The notes beneath the pieces are model-generated. The model made no database searches, had not been told where the DNA came from, and saw only the letters and a program-made list of their open reading frames with translations. The position numbers were made by a program, and so were the translations under genes. This document shows positions 18,333 to 28,215 of a stretch of 64,000 nucleotides of DNA, one piece after another; position 1 is the first letter of the stretch, and every line of letters starts with the position of its first letter. The DNA is from Candidatus Parcubacteria bacterium (lineage in GTDB: Bacteria > Patescibacteriota > Minisyncoccia > Phycocordibacterales > PALSA-1337): the NCBI GenBank assembly GCA_039799225.1, contig JBDLTF010000002.1:36552-100551 (forward strand), given 5' to 3'.

Positions 18333-21300
18333 ATGTCCCGCTTCGCCCACCTCCATACTCACTCCCACTATTCTCTCCTCTCGGCACTCCCCAAGATAGA
18401 CGACCTCGTCGATGAGGCCAAGAAGCTCGGCATGAAGGCACTCGCTCTCACCGACAACGGTAACCTCTATGGCGCCATCGATTTCTACAAAGCCTGCGAG
18501 AAAGCTGGCATCAAACCCATCATTGGCGTCGATTTCTTCATGGCGGCACGCTCGAGGAAGGATATGCAGGCGGGTATCGACAACCGCCGCAGTCGCCTCG
18601 TACTTCTCGCTATAAATGAGACTGGCTACCAGAACCTTATTCAGCTCGTCACCAAATCCCACCTCGAAGGCTTCTACTACAAGCCACGTATCGATCGTGA
18701 GCTCCTCGAACTCCACAATGAAGGCCTCATCTGTATTTCACCTTCATTCTCCGGAGAAATCGCTCAATCACTGAACAGTCGCAACCAAGACAAGGCCAAG
18801 GAAGTAGCGGCTTTCTATAAGCAGGTATTCGACGAGCGACTCTATGTAGAAATCACACGTCACCCAGAGATCGACGGCCATGAGGCTAACATGAAAACTC
18901 TTCTGAATTTTGCCAAGAGCCAGGACATACCTGTAATGGCAGCGCATGACGTCTACTATTTGAAACCTGAAGATCGCTTCGCTCGCGAAACACTTGTTCG
19001 CGTGAATTCGCACAGCGACGCATCGGATAAAATTTCCGACAGTGACGAAGATGATTTCTCGTTCATCTCATCCGAACGCGCAGAAGAACTCTTCCGAGAC
19101 CTTCCAGAGGCGCTCGAGAACGCTGCAAACATCGTCAATGCTTGTAACTTGAAGATTGAACTCGGCAAATGGGTATTCCCTGCCTTGAAAGTCGAAAGTG
19201 GCCGCACGCCTGATGAGGAACTCCGTCATATTGTCTTCGAAGGATTCGCACGACGAGGAATCGGACAGACACCTGAACTGGTTGCTCGTGCTGAATATGA
19301 GCTCAAGGTCATTCGCGACAAGGGATACGCACCATACTTCTTGGTAGTGGCAGACTTGCTCCGCTTCGCCCGCGAGAATGGTATTCTCTCCAACATTCGC
19401 GGATCGGTCTCTGGATCCATGGTCACCTATCTCGCCGGCATCACCAACATCAACCCCATCGTGTACGAAATTCCCTTCGAACGCTTCCTCAACCCTGATC
19501 GTCCCTCAGCTCCCGATATCGACATGGACTATGCCGACGATCGTCGCGATGAAATGATTGATTACGTGCGTAGAACATACGGTGCCGACAAAGTGGCTCA
19601 GATCGGAACCTTCGGTACTATGGCCGCACGCGGATCTGTACGTGATGTGGCACGCGCTATGGGATTCGGCTATGACATTGGTGATCGTATCTCCAAGCTC
19701 ATTCCCATGGGAGCACAAGGATTCCCGATGACCATCGAGCGCGCACTTGATGAAGTTCCTGAGCTCAAAGAACTCTATACTGCTGACGCCGATAGTCGCC
19801 GCATCATCGATATGGCCAAGAAGATTGAAGGGTGTGCCCGTCACATCGGTGTCCACGCCGCTGGAGTGGTCATATCACCGACTGCGCTCACTGACTTCAC
19901 CCCGCTCCAGTTTGACCCCAAAGGTGAAGGTAAGGTCATCACTCAGTACGACATGTATTCTATCGAGGAGGCTGGTCTCCTCAAGTTCGACTTCTTGGGT
20001 CTCAAGAACCTCACCATCATCGCAGACGCCGTCGATCGAATAAAGAAAATTACGGGCGTCGAAATTGATCCTGATAATATACCTGTCACAGATACAGCGA
20101 CATTCGAGATGCTTGCGCGCGGAGAAACGGCGGACACATTCCAGCTCAACGGCGACGGCATGACCCGCTTCCTCAAAGATCTCAAGCCGACAACTATTCA
20201 CGACATCAACGCTATGGTGGCGCTCTACCGCCCAGGTCCGATCCAATTCATTCCTGTATATATCGAATGTAAACATGATCCTTCGAAAGTGAAATATCTC
20301 GATCCTCTTCTCAAACCAATTCTCGAAAAAACATACGGGGTTCTCGTGTATCAGGACGACCTCCTCATGATTGCGAATAAAATCGCAGGATATACCTGGG
20401 GTGAAGTGGACAAATTCCGCAAAGCTATAGGTAAGAAAATTCCCGAGGAAATGGCCGCTCAAAAAGATAAGTTCATCGAGGGCTGTATCAAGCATTCGAA
20501 ATGGAGTGATAAGAAAGCCAAGGAGGTCTGGCGCTGGATCGAACCTTTTGCTGCATACGCCTTCAACAAAGCGCACTCCGTGTCATATGGCCGTGTCGCT
20601 TATATCACCGCATATCTCAAGGCGCACTATCCTGCCATCTATCTCTCCGCTGTTTTGACTTCAGAGCAAGGAGATACTGAGAAAGTGGCTGAAACAATCA
20701 AGGAATGTGAACGTATCAAGATTCCCGTATTGCCACCTGATGTGAACGAAAGCTTCAGCCAGTTCACTGTCTTGAAGGATGGAGACTCATATCGTATCCG
20801 CTTCGGACTCGTGACCATCAAGAACTTCGGTCAGGGCATTTCGACTGCCATCATCGATGAGCGTGAGCGTGGTGGTAAATTCACGTCTCTCGTCAACTTC
20901 CTCGATCGCGTCAAAGACCGCAATCTCAACAAGAAATCACTTGAATCTCTCATCAAGGCTGGAGCTATGGATTGCTTTGGCGATGACCGTGGTGTCATGC
21001 TCGCCAATCTCGACCTCATGCTTGAATACAGTAAGGAGAGCGGTAAACAGCATGCCGATCAGGACTCACTCTTCGGCACAATGTCAGATGCTTCGAGTGT
21101 TCCTGCGTTGCGTCTTGTCTCTGTTCCGCCTGCAGAGATGCGCGACAAGCTCGCATGGGAGAAAGAGCTCCTTGGTCTCTACATCTCTGGTCATCCACTT
21201 GAACGCTATCGCCCACAAATCGAGAAGAATGGCATGAGTATCAAGAAAGCACTCGATGAAATCAAAGAAGGTGGTGAAACCATCTTCGGCTGTATCGTGA

Positions 21301-21515
21301 ACGAAGTGCGCATCGTCCAGACCAAGAAAGGTGACACAATGGCCTTCATCACGCTGGCCGACTTCACTGGATCCGTTGAAGCTGTGGCATTCCCCCGCAC
21401 CTATGTTGAATATAAAAACCTTCTTGTTCCTGATTCTTGTGTCGCGGTGAAGGTGACCCTTAATACGAGAAATGGTGAGAAAGGATTTGTACTGGAGAGG
21501 GTTAGGGGGTTATAA
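18333..21515 (+). CDS. dnaE: DNA polymerase III alpha subunit
   Basis: ORF track; PHP domain (FAHLHTHSHYSLL), polymerase core, OB-fold tail. Confidence 0.95.
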   Translation: MSRFAHLHTHSHYSLLSALPKIDDLVDEAKKLGMKALALTDNGNLYGAIDFYKACEKAGIKPIIGVDFFMAARSRKDMQAGIDNRRSRLVLLAINETGYQNLIQLVTKSHLEGFYYKPRIDRELLELHNEGLICISPSFSGEIAQSLNSRNQDKAKEVAAFYKQVFDERLYVEITRHPEIDGHEANMKTLLNFAKSQDIPVMAAHDVYYLKPEDRFARETLVRVNSHSDASDKISDSDEDDFSFISSERAEELFRDLPEALENAANIVNACNLKIELGKWVFPALKVESGRTPDEELRHIVFEGFARRGIGQTPELVARAEYELKVIRDKGYAPYFLVVADLLRFARENGILSNIRGSVSGSMVTYLAGITNINPIVYEIPFERFLNPDRPSAPDIDMDYADDRRDEMIDYVRRTYGADKVAQIGTFGTMAARGSVRDVARAMGFGYDIGDRISKLIPMGAQGFPMTIERALDEVPELKELYTADADSRRIIDMAKKIEGCARHIGVHAAGVVISPTALTDFTPLQFDPKGEGKVITQYDMYSIEEAGLLKFDFLGLKNLTIIADAVDRIKKITGVEIDPDNIPVTDTATFEMLARGETADTFQLNGDGMTRFLKDLKPTTIHDINAMVALYRPGPIQFIPVYIECKHDPSKVKYLDPLLKPILEKTYGVLVYQDDLLMIANKIAGYTWGEVDKFRKAIGKKIPEEMAAQKDKFIEGCIKHSKWSDKKAKEVWRWIEPFAAYAFNKAHSVSYGRVAYITAYLKAHYPAIYLSAVLTSEQGDTEKVAETIKECERIKIPVLPPDVNESFSQFTVLKDGDSYRIRFGLVTIKNFGQGISTAIIDERERGGKFTSLVNFLDRVKDRNLNKKSLESLIKAGAMDCFGDDRGVMLANLDLMLEYSKESGKQHADQDSLFGTMSDASSVPALRLVSVPPAEMRDKLAWEKELLGLYISGHPLERYRPQIEKNGMSIKKALDEIKEGGETIFGCIVNEVRIVQTKKGDTMAFITLADFTGSVEAVAFPRTYVEYKNLLVPDSCVAVKVTLNTRNGEKGFVLERVRGL

Positions 21516-21530
21516 AAAACGCATTATTGG

Positions 21531-21582
21531 TTGTCCACAGAAAAACCCGACTTATACCCACCTTACCCACAGGTTACCCACG
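21531..21582 (+). promoter_or_regulatory. array of four DnaA-box-like 9-mers in one orientation (TTGTCCACA, TTATACCCAC, TTACCCACA, TTACCCACG) with ~11-bp phasing
   Basis: Motifs read directly after dnaE stop; followed by AT-rich segment. Confidence 0.3.
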
Positions 21583-21821
21583 AATTTCGCTTGCGAAGAT
21601 ATTGACACTGAAAATGAGAGGTTCATAATTACTGTAGGCTCTCGTTCATGGAGAAAATCCTTAAATTAAATTCATAGGAATCATATTGTATACGACCTCC
21701 GGGTCCTATCACGATTCCGCCTTATATTATTTCGGATCCTTCCTCCATATATGTACGATAGCCTACCTATGGCACGCGACCCGCTTCGGCGGGTTGCTGT
21801 GCGTCTGGATGAAAAAATATA

Positions 21822-22091
21822 CTACGCTTTGCTAGAAGATTGAGAGATCAATAGCAAATCAACAATGAGTGCGAAGGCGAGCACACTTGTCTTCACTGGA
21901 TCCCATACTCCGTCATGCCAATTGATGACCGCACTGTACCAGAGCGTGCTACACGGAAGGAGAAAAAATCCAAGCGCGAGCCAATACCATTCACTGAACA
22001 CTCCCGTGAACCACTCAGAAAAGATATAGAGAAAGAAGATTACAACGCGAGGGATAAACATGCCATAAATAGTGAGTGCCATATATCTCAT
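21822..22091 (-). CDS. hypothetical small membrane protein (89 aa, Trp/Phe-rich)
   Basis: ORF track; two hydrophobic helices. Confidence 0.4.
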   Translation of the reverse strand: MRYMALTIYGMFIPRVVIFFLYIFSEWFTGVFSEWYWLALGFFLLPCSTLWYSAVINWHDGVWDPVKTSVLAFALIVDLLLISQSSSKA

Positions 22092-22125
22092 AGTATACTC
22101 CCTTATCCGTCAATGCACTACTACG

Positions 22126-22150
22126 AAAAAGCCCCTGATTGGGGCTTTTT
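22126..22150. terminator. bidirectional hairpin AAAAAGCCCC-tgatt-GGGGCTTTTT
   Basis: perfect 9-10 bp stem with flanking A/T runs. Confidence 0.55.
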
Positions 22151-22439
22151 CTTCCTCACAAACTATACAGTCGGAGGAGTCTGTGGTTCCGGCTGAACCG
22201 GCACAGGGTTTTCTGCTGGCTTCTTGTCTTTGTGAAGCATGATAGTCTGCGAGGGGGTTATGTCTCGCCCGTAAATTATACGCCTGCTGCAAGTACCTCC
22301 CCTGTTTCGTCATTTTTTTGACTTCCCGTCAAAACCTATTTCAAAATAATGGCCCAACAACGAGCTCCGGCGACATGGTGTAATGTGGTCAAATATTAGA
22401 ACACATGGGGTGGTTTTTTGGAATATTTTAGACAAAATA

Positions 22440-22448
22440 TGCTATACT
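22440..22448 (+). promoter_or_regulatory. extended -10 (TGcTATACT) 7 nt before gpmI ATG (leaderless-type start)
   Basis: Sequence read directly; no SD. Confidence 0.35.
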
Positions 22449-22455
22449 CCCACCC

Positions 22456-23988
22456 ATGAAAAGCACCAAAACTATCGCCCTCATCGTCCTCGATGGTTGG
22501 GGTTACCGAGAGGATACCAAAGACAACGCCATAGCCGCCTCACACACTCCCACATTCAAGCATCTCTGGGATACCTATCCACACTCCCTGCTCAAGGCAT
22601 CAGGAGACGCTGTCGGACTTCCTGAGGGTCAAATGGGTAACAGCGAGGTTGGTCACATGACCATCGGTGCCGGCAAACCTGCTGATACAGATCTCGTGCG
22701 TATCGATAAGGCTATCGCGAGTGGTGATTTCGACAAGAATCCTGCCTTCACCTCCCTCTTCGACCATGTGAAGAAGAATTCATCCACACTTCATGTCCAA
22801 GGACTTGTTAGTTCGGGAGGTGTACATAGTCACCAGAACCACCTCTACGCCTTCCTCCGTCTCGCCAAGAAACATGCTGTCCCTCAAGTTGCCATTCACG
22901 TCTTCACCGATGGTCGTGACACTGCACCCCAGAGTGCATCTGCATACATCAAGGAGCTTGAGGCTGTGCTCGACATCCTCAATGACGACAAATCCAAGCC
23001 GAACTTCTTCATCGCCACCATTTCTGGTCGCTACTACGCCATGGATCGCGACAACAACTGGGATCGCCTCGCAAAGACTGAACAAGCTATGTTCGAATGC
23101 AAAGGCAATGTCTGCGAAATCAAGCCGTCAGAATATCTCTCTGAACAATACAAGAAGGGTGAGCGTGACGAACTCCTCGCACCGACCGTTTGTGCAACTC
23201 CTGAAGGAATCGGTTGTGCCATCGAAGAGAACGATGCTGTCTTCTTCTTCAATTTCCGCGCTGATCGCGCACGCATGCTCTCTGAGAAAATGCTTGAGAT
23301 TCCTAAGTCGAAAAATATTCTTTTCGTCACCCTCACCGAATACTGCGTCGACTTCACCTGTACCACCGCCTTCCCTCCTTTTAAAATTGAAACTTCCATA
23401 GGCCAAGAAATCGCTGCTGCAGGTCTCTCTCAAGCGCGTATCGCCGAGACTGAGAAATTCGCACACGCTACGTACTTCTTGAACGGCGGTCGTGAAGCAA
23501 AGTTCGATCGTGAGACCGATATTCTCATCCCAAGCCGCAAGGATGTGAAGACCCACGACGAAGCTCCTGAAATGCGCGCGGAAGCTATCGCCGATGCCGT
23601 TATTTCTGAAATAGAAAAAGGTACTGATTTCATCTTCGTGAATTTTGCCAATCCTGACATGGTTGGTCATACCGCAAATGTTCCTGCTATCGTCAAAGCC
23701 GTTGAAACGGTTGATACACAACTTAAACGCGTCGTTGAAGCCCTCGAAAAGGCCGGTGGTATCGGTCTCATAACTGCAGACCATGGAAACGCTGAGATGA
23801 ACATTGATCCAGTCACAGGAACCAAGCACACGGCCCATACTACCAACCCAGTTCCATTCATTCTCACCAGCCACGACTATACCGTGAAGGCAGGAGCACT
23901 TTTCGACCTCGCACCTACAGTACTCGATCTCTTAAACTCAAAAGCTCCGAAAGCGATGATTGGTACGTCTCTTATTTCGAAAAAATAA
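22456..23988 (+). CDS. gpmI: 2,3-bisphosphoglycerate-independent phosphoglycerate mutase
   Basis: ORF track; LIVLDGWG, SEVGHM, metal-binding C-terminal domain (DHGNAE). Confidence 0.9.
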   Translation: MKSTKTIALIVLDGWGYREDTKDNAIAASHTPTFKHLWDTYPHSLLKASGDAVGLPEGQMGNSEVGHMTIGAGKPADTDLVRIDKAIASGDFDKNPAFTSLFDHVKKNSSTLHVQGLVSSGGVHSHQNHLYAFLRLAKKHAVPQVAIHVFTDGRDTAPQSASAYIKELEAVLDILNDDKSKPNFFIATISGRYYAMDRDNNWDRLAKTEQAMFECKGNVCEIKPSEYLSEQYKKGERDELLAPTVCATPEGIGCAIEENDAVFFFNFRADRARMLSEKMLEIPKSKNILFVTLTEYCVDFTCTTAFPPFKIETSIGQEIAAAGLSQARIAETEKFAHATYFLNGGREAKFDRETDILIPSRKDVKTHDEAPEMRAEAIADAVISEIEKGTDFIFVNFANPDMVGHTANVPAIVKAVETVDTQLKRVVEALEKAGGIGLITADHGNAEMNIDPVTGTKHTAHTTNPVPFILTSHDYTVKAGALFDLAPTVLDLLNSKAPKAMIGTSLISKK

Positions 23989-25272
23989 TTATTGCTTCCT
24001 CACAACGAGCACGCTCATATATTTCACTAGAAGTATTGAGGCTGATGCCAAGAATACACCGAGTGCCCACCCAGCAATAACATCAGATGCCCAGTGCACA
24101 TTGAGAACCACGCGGGAGAGACCAACTGCGATAGCCGCTACTGCGCACGCGACGATAACAATTTCACGATAGACCCATGAATGTATTTTACGTGCGAGAA
24201 GGTATCCAACAATAACAAAGAATGCTGCCGAAATCGCCGCATGACCACTCGGAAAGCTCGGGTCACCAACTATAGAAATGAGTGCATTATCGGGGCGAGG
24301 GCGCATGAAAAATTCTTTGATAACGCCAAGGAAGAATATCGTCGATCCTATCGAGACAATCATGATTGAAGCAGAGCGCCACTTCTTGCGGAACAAGAGA
24401 TATGCGCCGATCAAAAATCCAAGAGTACTTGTCACTGCAAACCCACCAATAGTGGTCACCCAAACCGCCAGAATCCGAAGACCATATTGTCCATGATTGA
24501 GCATGTCCATAAATCCATTCACCTGAACATCGAATGTGGCCATGGATGAAGATGATAAGGTCAATGCGTCCTGTACCGTCTTGGCGAGAACATACAACGA
24601 GATGATATTAAGGATGAGCATGAAAAGTTCATACTTCTTGAATACATGGAAGCGCATATTAACGAAGCGATACCCCCATGCGATGATCAATCCAGCAATA
24701 ATCGCGAATACGGCAAACTTACCCACGTATCCCGCGACTACATGATATCCTGCACCGAACATATATCCTGCAAGGACCGATACGACTGCCCAACTGATAC
24801 CACCGATAATATTGAACACCCAGAATCTACTTACTGGAGCAGGACTCGCTCCAACAAGGAATGGCATGAGGGCACGCGTCACTGGACTGAATCGTCCAAT
24901 AATCATAGCTTTACCCGTATGCTTGTGGAGTAACGCGTTGGTCTTCTCAATATGAGCATCGGTAATGAATAGATATGGCCTTACACGATCGATAAAGCTA
25001 AGGCCATATCTGCGACCTATCTTGAAACCGATATAGTCGCCAAGAATTGCTCCAAATGAAGCAAGTCCGAGCACCCACCAGAGATTGAGCACCTCGATAC
25101 GCGCTAGGAACCCACTGAATACAATGACGATATGACCCGGTATAAGCGCACCGAATACAGGAATTCCTTCGAGAGTAGTCGTAACAAAGAGGAAGGCATA
25201 GCCTCCCTGAGAAACAATCGATTCTACATAGTCCGTAAGGGCCGAAAATAGATGGATATATGACATTTCCAC
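23989..25272 (-). CDS. DedA-family / PAP2 phosphatase fusion membrane protein
   Basis: ORF track; N-terminal DedA-like region, C-terminal PAP2 motifs (PSGH, RVVLNVHWASDV). Confidence 0.7.
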   Translation of the reverse strand: MEMSYIHLFSALTDYVESIVSQGGYAFLFVTTTLEGIPVFGALIPGHIVIVFSGFLARIEVLNLWWVLGLASFGAILGDYIGFKIGRRYGLSFIDRVRPYLFITDAHIEKTNALLHKHTGKAMIIGRFSPVTRALMPFLVGASPAPVSRFWVFNIIGGISWAVVSVLAGYMFGAGYHVVAGYVGKFAVFAIIAGLIIAWGYRFVNMRFHVFKKYELFMLILNIISLYVLAKTVQDALTLSSSSMATFDVQVNGFMDMLNHGQYGLRILAVWVTTIGGFAVTSTLGFLIGAYLLFRKKWRSASIMIVSIGSTIFFLGVIKEFFMRPRPDNALISIVGDPSFPSGHAAISAAFFVIVGYLLARKIHSWVYREIVIVACAVAAIAVGLSRVVLNVHWASDVIAGWALGVFLASASILLVKYMSVLVVRKQ

Positions 25273-25367
25273 TCATTATATCACGAACCACTTGCGTCCC
25301 TAATAGGTATGCTACAATGGAAATCAATCAGGTTGATATTTATTCGTAATATATTACACAACGTTCT

Positions 25368-25604
25368 ATGAGCACCGTAACTATCTATTCGACACCGACC
25401 TGCGTCTACTGCAATATGGCCAAGAGCTTCTTCAAGGCCAACGATGTCGCATACACCGAGCACAACGTCGCCTCAGATCTCGAGAAGCGCAAGGAGATGA
25501 TCGACAAGACGGGACAGATGGGAGTTCCTGTCATCGACACCGGCAAGGAAGTCATCGTCGGATTCGATGAAGAGAGGGTCAAGGCAAGTTTGGGAATTAA
25601 ATAA
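25368..25604 (+). CDS. glutaredoxin/NrdH-like redoxin (CVYC)
   Basis: ORF track; CxxC active site, thioredoxin-fold length. Confidence 0.7.
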   Translation: MSTVTIYSTPTCVYCNMAKSFFKANDVAYTEHNVASDLEKRKEMIDKTGQMGVPVIDTGKEVIVGFDEERVKASLGIK

Positions 25605-25617
25605 GGAATTAGTTCGT

Positions 25618-25646
25618 AAAAAACACCCGCGAGAGGGTGTTTTTTA
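25618..25646. terminator. rho-independent terminator (ACACCC-gcgaga-GGGTGT + T-run)
   Basis: hairpin + tttttatttt. Confidence 0.6.
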
Positions 25647-25648
25647 TT

Positions 25649-25722
25649 TTGGTGCGAGATGCGGGAATCGAACCCACGCCACATGCTTGGGAAGCACGAA
25701 TTCTGCCACTGAACTAATCTCG
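25649..25722 (-). tRNA. tRNA-Gly (CCC)
   Basis: Reverse complement folds: acceptor GCGAGAT/ATCTCGC, anticodon stem CGTGC/GCATG, loop TTCCCAA, T-loop TTCGATT, CCA encoded. Confidence 0.8.
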
Positions 25723-25740
25723 CGCGCTCATATATTACTC

Positions 25741-26145
25741 CTAAAACCCAAATACACGCAACATCCTTCCCCACCAACCAATCGTCGAGGTCGCTTGAAC
25801 TGATGCTGCCTCTGCTGCCGCGGCGCGCTGAGCGGTGCTCGCCGATTCATCGACGATCACCGCTACTGATTCACCTTCTTTAACCGCATGATATTTGGAA
25901 CGAATCTCATTCTCGAGACCACGTTCGGTAGATAGATACCCGACCGTCTCAGAAAGCTTACTCTCACGGTCGCGAAGCTTGGCAAGCTCGGCCTGAGCCT
26001 GCTCGAGCCTCTCAGAACTGAGGTGGGCCTTCTCGTAAATGTTCCATCCTGCCTTGGCGAGCACAGCAAGAAGCACTGCCCCGAGCACCATTGCGACAGG
26101 AGAAGCAATCATGCGCTTCCAGAAGGGACGGTTGCCGTATTTCAT
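25741..26145 (-). CDS. septum formation initiator (FtsB/DivIC-like) protein
   Basis: ORF track; N-terminal TM + coiled coil + conserved C-terminal GESVAVIV-type strand. Confidence 0.5.
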   Translation of the reverse strand: MKYGNRPFWKRMIASPVAMVLGAVLLAVLAKAGWNIYEKAHLSSERLEQAQAELAKLRDRESKLSETVGYLSTERGLENEIRSKYHAVKEGESVAVIVDESASTAQRAAAAEAASVQATSTIGWWGRMLRVFGF

Positions 26146-26169
26146 GCCCTACAGTATACTAGATTCACT

Positions 26170-26286
26170 ATGTTATTTCACGAAAAATCCAAGAAAACCC
26201 TGAACCGAATCATGGTCGTCGTAGCGATATTGGTCATCATCAGCATGATTTCGCTCTACATTCCTTCACTTAGGAACGGATTCTAA
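26170..26286 (+). CDS. putative 38-aa membrane micropeptide (MLFHEKSKKTLNRIMVVVAILVIISMISLYIPSLRNGF)
   Basis: C-terminal portion of track ORF 26023..26286 from first ATG in intergenic gap. Confidence 0.25.
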   Translation: MLFHEKSKKTLNRIMVVVAILVIISMISLYIPSLRNGF

Positions 26287-26295
26287 TTCCTCGCG

Positions 26296-28107
26296 TTATT
26301 CGCCAGCCCTCATCATCTTCACGAATACATCCTGAGGGATGTTCACCGTACCATGCTCCTTGAGGCGTTTACGGCCTTCCTTCTGCTTCTCGCGGAGCTT
26401 CATCTTGCGGGTAATGTCTCCTCCAGAAAGAGTTCCTGCGGCATCCTTTTTCTTACCTGAAATTGAACGTGACGAGATGATACGACCGAGCGCTTTGGAT
26501 TGGATCTTGTAGGTGAAGAGTTCACGGGGCATGATGCCATGGAGTTTCTCGACAGTCGCCTCAGCCTCTTGTTCTGCCCTACGACGAGACACAACGCGGG
26601 TAAAGGCAGGAACTGGTTCATCTGCCACAAGCACATCCATACGGACAACATCCGCGAGACGACTCTCGGTAATATCATACGAAATAGAACCATACCCAGA
26701 TGAGATGCTCTTGATCTCATCGAAGAAATTACGCATGAGCTCGCGAAGTGGCATCTGCATAGTCAGGAGTGTACGGTTGTCACCGAAATTCTCGGTACCG
26801 GTAAGCTCAGCTTCATGCTCATAGATAGACTTCATGATACCGCTCAAATATGCGGGCGGAGTGATGATCTTGAGTGTAACGATAGGCTCCTGAACCTCCT
26901 TGATATCCTGTTCATCAGGGAAAAGTGACGGTGAATAGACTGTGCTCTTCTTACCATTCTTGAGCTCGACGGTGTAGGTAATACTTGGCTGAGTAATAAC
27001 GAGCTCGAGATTAAATTCGCGGCGCAAACGCTCGGTCACGATCTCCATGTGGAGCATACCGAGGAAGCCACAGCGATATCCCTTACCAAGAGTTCCCGAT
27101 GCTTCCTCTTCATAGGTAAAAGATGAATCCGAGAGACGGAGACGACCGAGAGCTTGGCGAAGTAGAGCGAGATCATCCTGACTCTCTGGGTAGATTGAGG
27201 CCCAAACGACAGGACGAGGACTCTTGTATCCATCAAGTGGAGGAAGTGTATCCTTCAGTGAAGCGATAGTGTCTCCAACAGATGCGATTCCTGGCTCTTT
27301 TATTCCTGTCACAATATATCCGATCTCACCCGCTGAGAGAGACTCGCGAGGAGTGTTGTCTGGTGCAAAAATACCAATCTCGATAGGTTCGAACGTTTTA
27401 TCAGCGATCTTAAACTTGAGCTTCTCGTGACGATGAACTGCACCATTCATGACGCGTGTGTAGACGATAACTCCTGTGTGGTTTGAATATTGGAAATCGA
27501 AGATAAGCGAACGGAATTCATTCGTTGCATCAGGAGATGATGGCGCAGGTACGCGGCAGATGACCTCATTTAAGAGATGCTCAACGCCTTCACCTGTCTT
27601 GCCTGAAACTTTCAAGACATCTTCTGGTGAACATTCGAGGAGCTGACAGACTTCAGCGATGACTTCATCAGTACGTGCAAGCGGAGAATCAATCTTACTC
27701 ACAGTCGGAATAATCTTGAGTCCTGCTTCACGTGCCATGTTGAGGGTCGTCAGAGTCTGAGCCTGGACACCTTGAGTGGCGTCGACAAGGAGAATTGAAC
27801 CTTCAACTGCTTTGAGCGAGCGAGAAACCTCGTAGGAGAAATCGATATGACCTGGGGTGTCGATGAGGTTGAGGGCATATTCGACTTCATCACCGCCTGC
27901 TGCGGCGGTTCGCCATTTCATCCTCACTGGCTGCATCTTAATCGTAATTCCCCTCTCCCTCTCCAATTCCATAGAATCAAGAACCTGCTCCTGCATCTTC
28001 CTTTTCTCGATAGTTCCGGTTATCTCAAGCAAACGATCGGCAAGTGTGGACTTGCCGTGGTCGATGTGCGCGATGATGGAAAAATTGCGTATTTGAGCCG
28101 GATTCAT
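26296..28107 (-). CDS. lepA: elongation factor 4 (LepA)
   Basis: ORF track; NFSIIAHIDHGKSTLADR, C-terminal LepA-specific domain. Confidence 0.95.
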   Translation of the reverse strand: MNPAQIRNFSIIAHIDHGKSTLADRLLEITGTIEKRKMQEQVLDSMELERERGITIKMQPVRMKWRTAAAGGDEVEYALNLIDTPGHIDFSYEVSRSLKAVEGSILLVDATQGVQAQTLTTLNMAREAGLKIIPTVSKIDSPLARTDEVIAEVCQLLECSPEDVLKVSGKTGEGVEHLLNEVICRVPAPSSPDATNEFRSLIFDFQYSNHTGVIVYTRVMNGAVHRHEKLKFKIADKTFEPIEIGIFAPDNTPRESLSAGEIGYIVTGIKEPGIASVGDTIASLKDTLPPLDGYKSPRPVVWASIYPESQDDLALLRQALGRLRLSDSSFTYEEEASGTLGKGYRCGFLGMLHMEIVTERLRREFNLELVITQPSITYTVELKNGKKSTVYSPSLFPDEQDIKEVQEPIVTLKIITPPAYLSGIMKSIYEHEAELTGTENFGDNRTLLTMQMPLRELMRNFFDEIKSISSGYGSISYDITESRLADVVRMDVLVADEPVPAFTRVVSRRRAEQEAEATVEKLHGIMPRELFTYKIQSKALGRIISSRSISGKKKDAAGTLSGGDITRKMKLREKQKEGRKRLKEHGTVNIPQDVFVKMMRAGE

Positions 28108-28160
28108 GGGTTTCTGCCTAGTAGAGCAAATATAGCAGAAATAAGGCGATTTACCAAAGA

Positions 28161-28188
28161 TTGACCCTTATTTTGGCCGTGTTATATT
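28161..28188 (+). promoter_or_regulatory. sigma70-like promoter TTGACC-16-TATATT, followed by GGAG RBS
   Basis: read directly upstream of 28216. Confidence 0.45.
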
Positions 28189-28215
28189 GGGTTTAGAAAC
28201 AACCTAGGAGAACAT

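Noticed and set aside
21531-21582. TACCCAC direct repeats as a possible CRISPR or other repeat array
   Set aside because: Only 3-4 short repeats of 7-9 bp with 2-4-bp spacers; no spacer-repeat periodicity and no cas genes. Kept only as a DNA-binding-site array.
22150-22455. Track ORFs 22110..22313 (-) and 22139..22321 (+) in the gpmI upstream gap
   Set aside because: They overlap each other and the bidirectional terminator, with no start signals; the region more likely carries the gpmI promoter or a noncoding element.
26023-26286. Full 87-aa track ORF overlapping the ftsB-like gene start
   Set aside because: The N-terminal two thirds overlap the divergent ftsB-like coding region in antisense; only the C-terminal 38 aa from an intergenic ATG is plausible.
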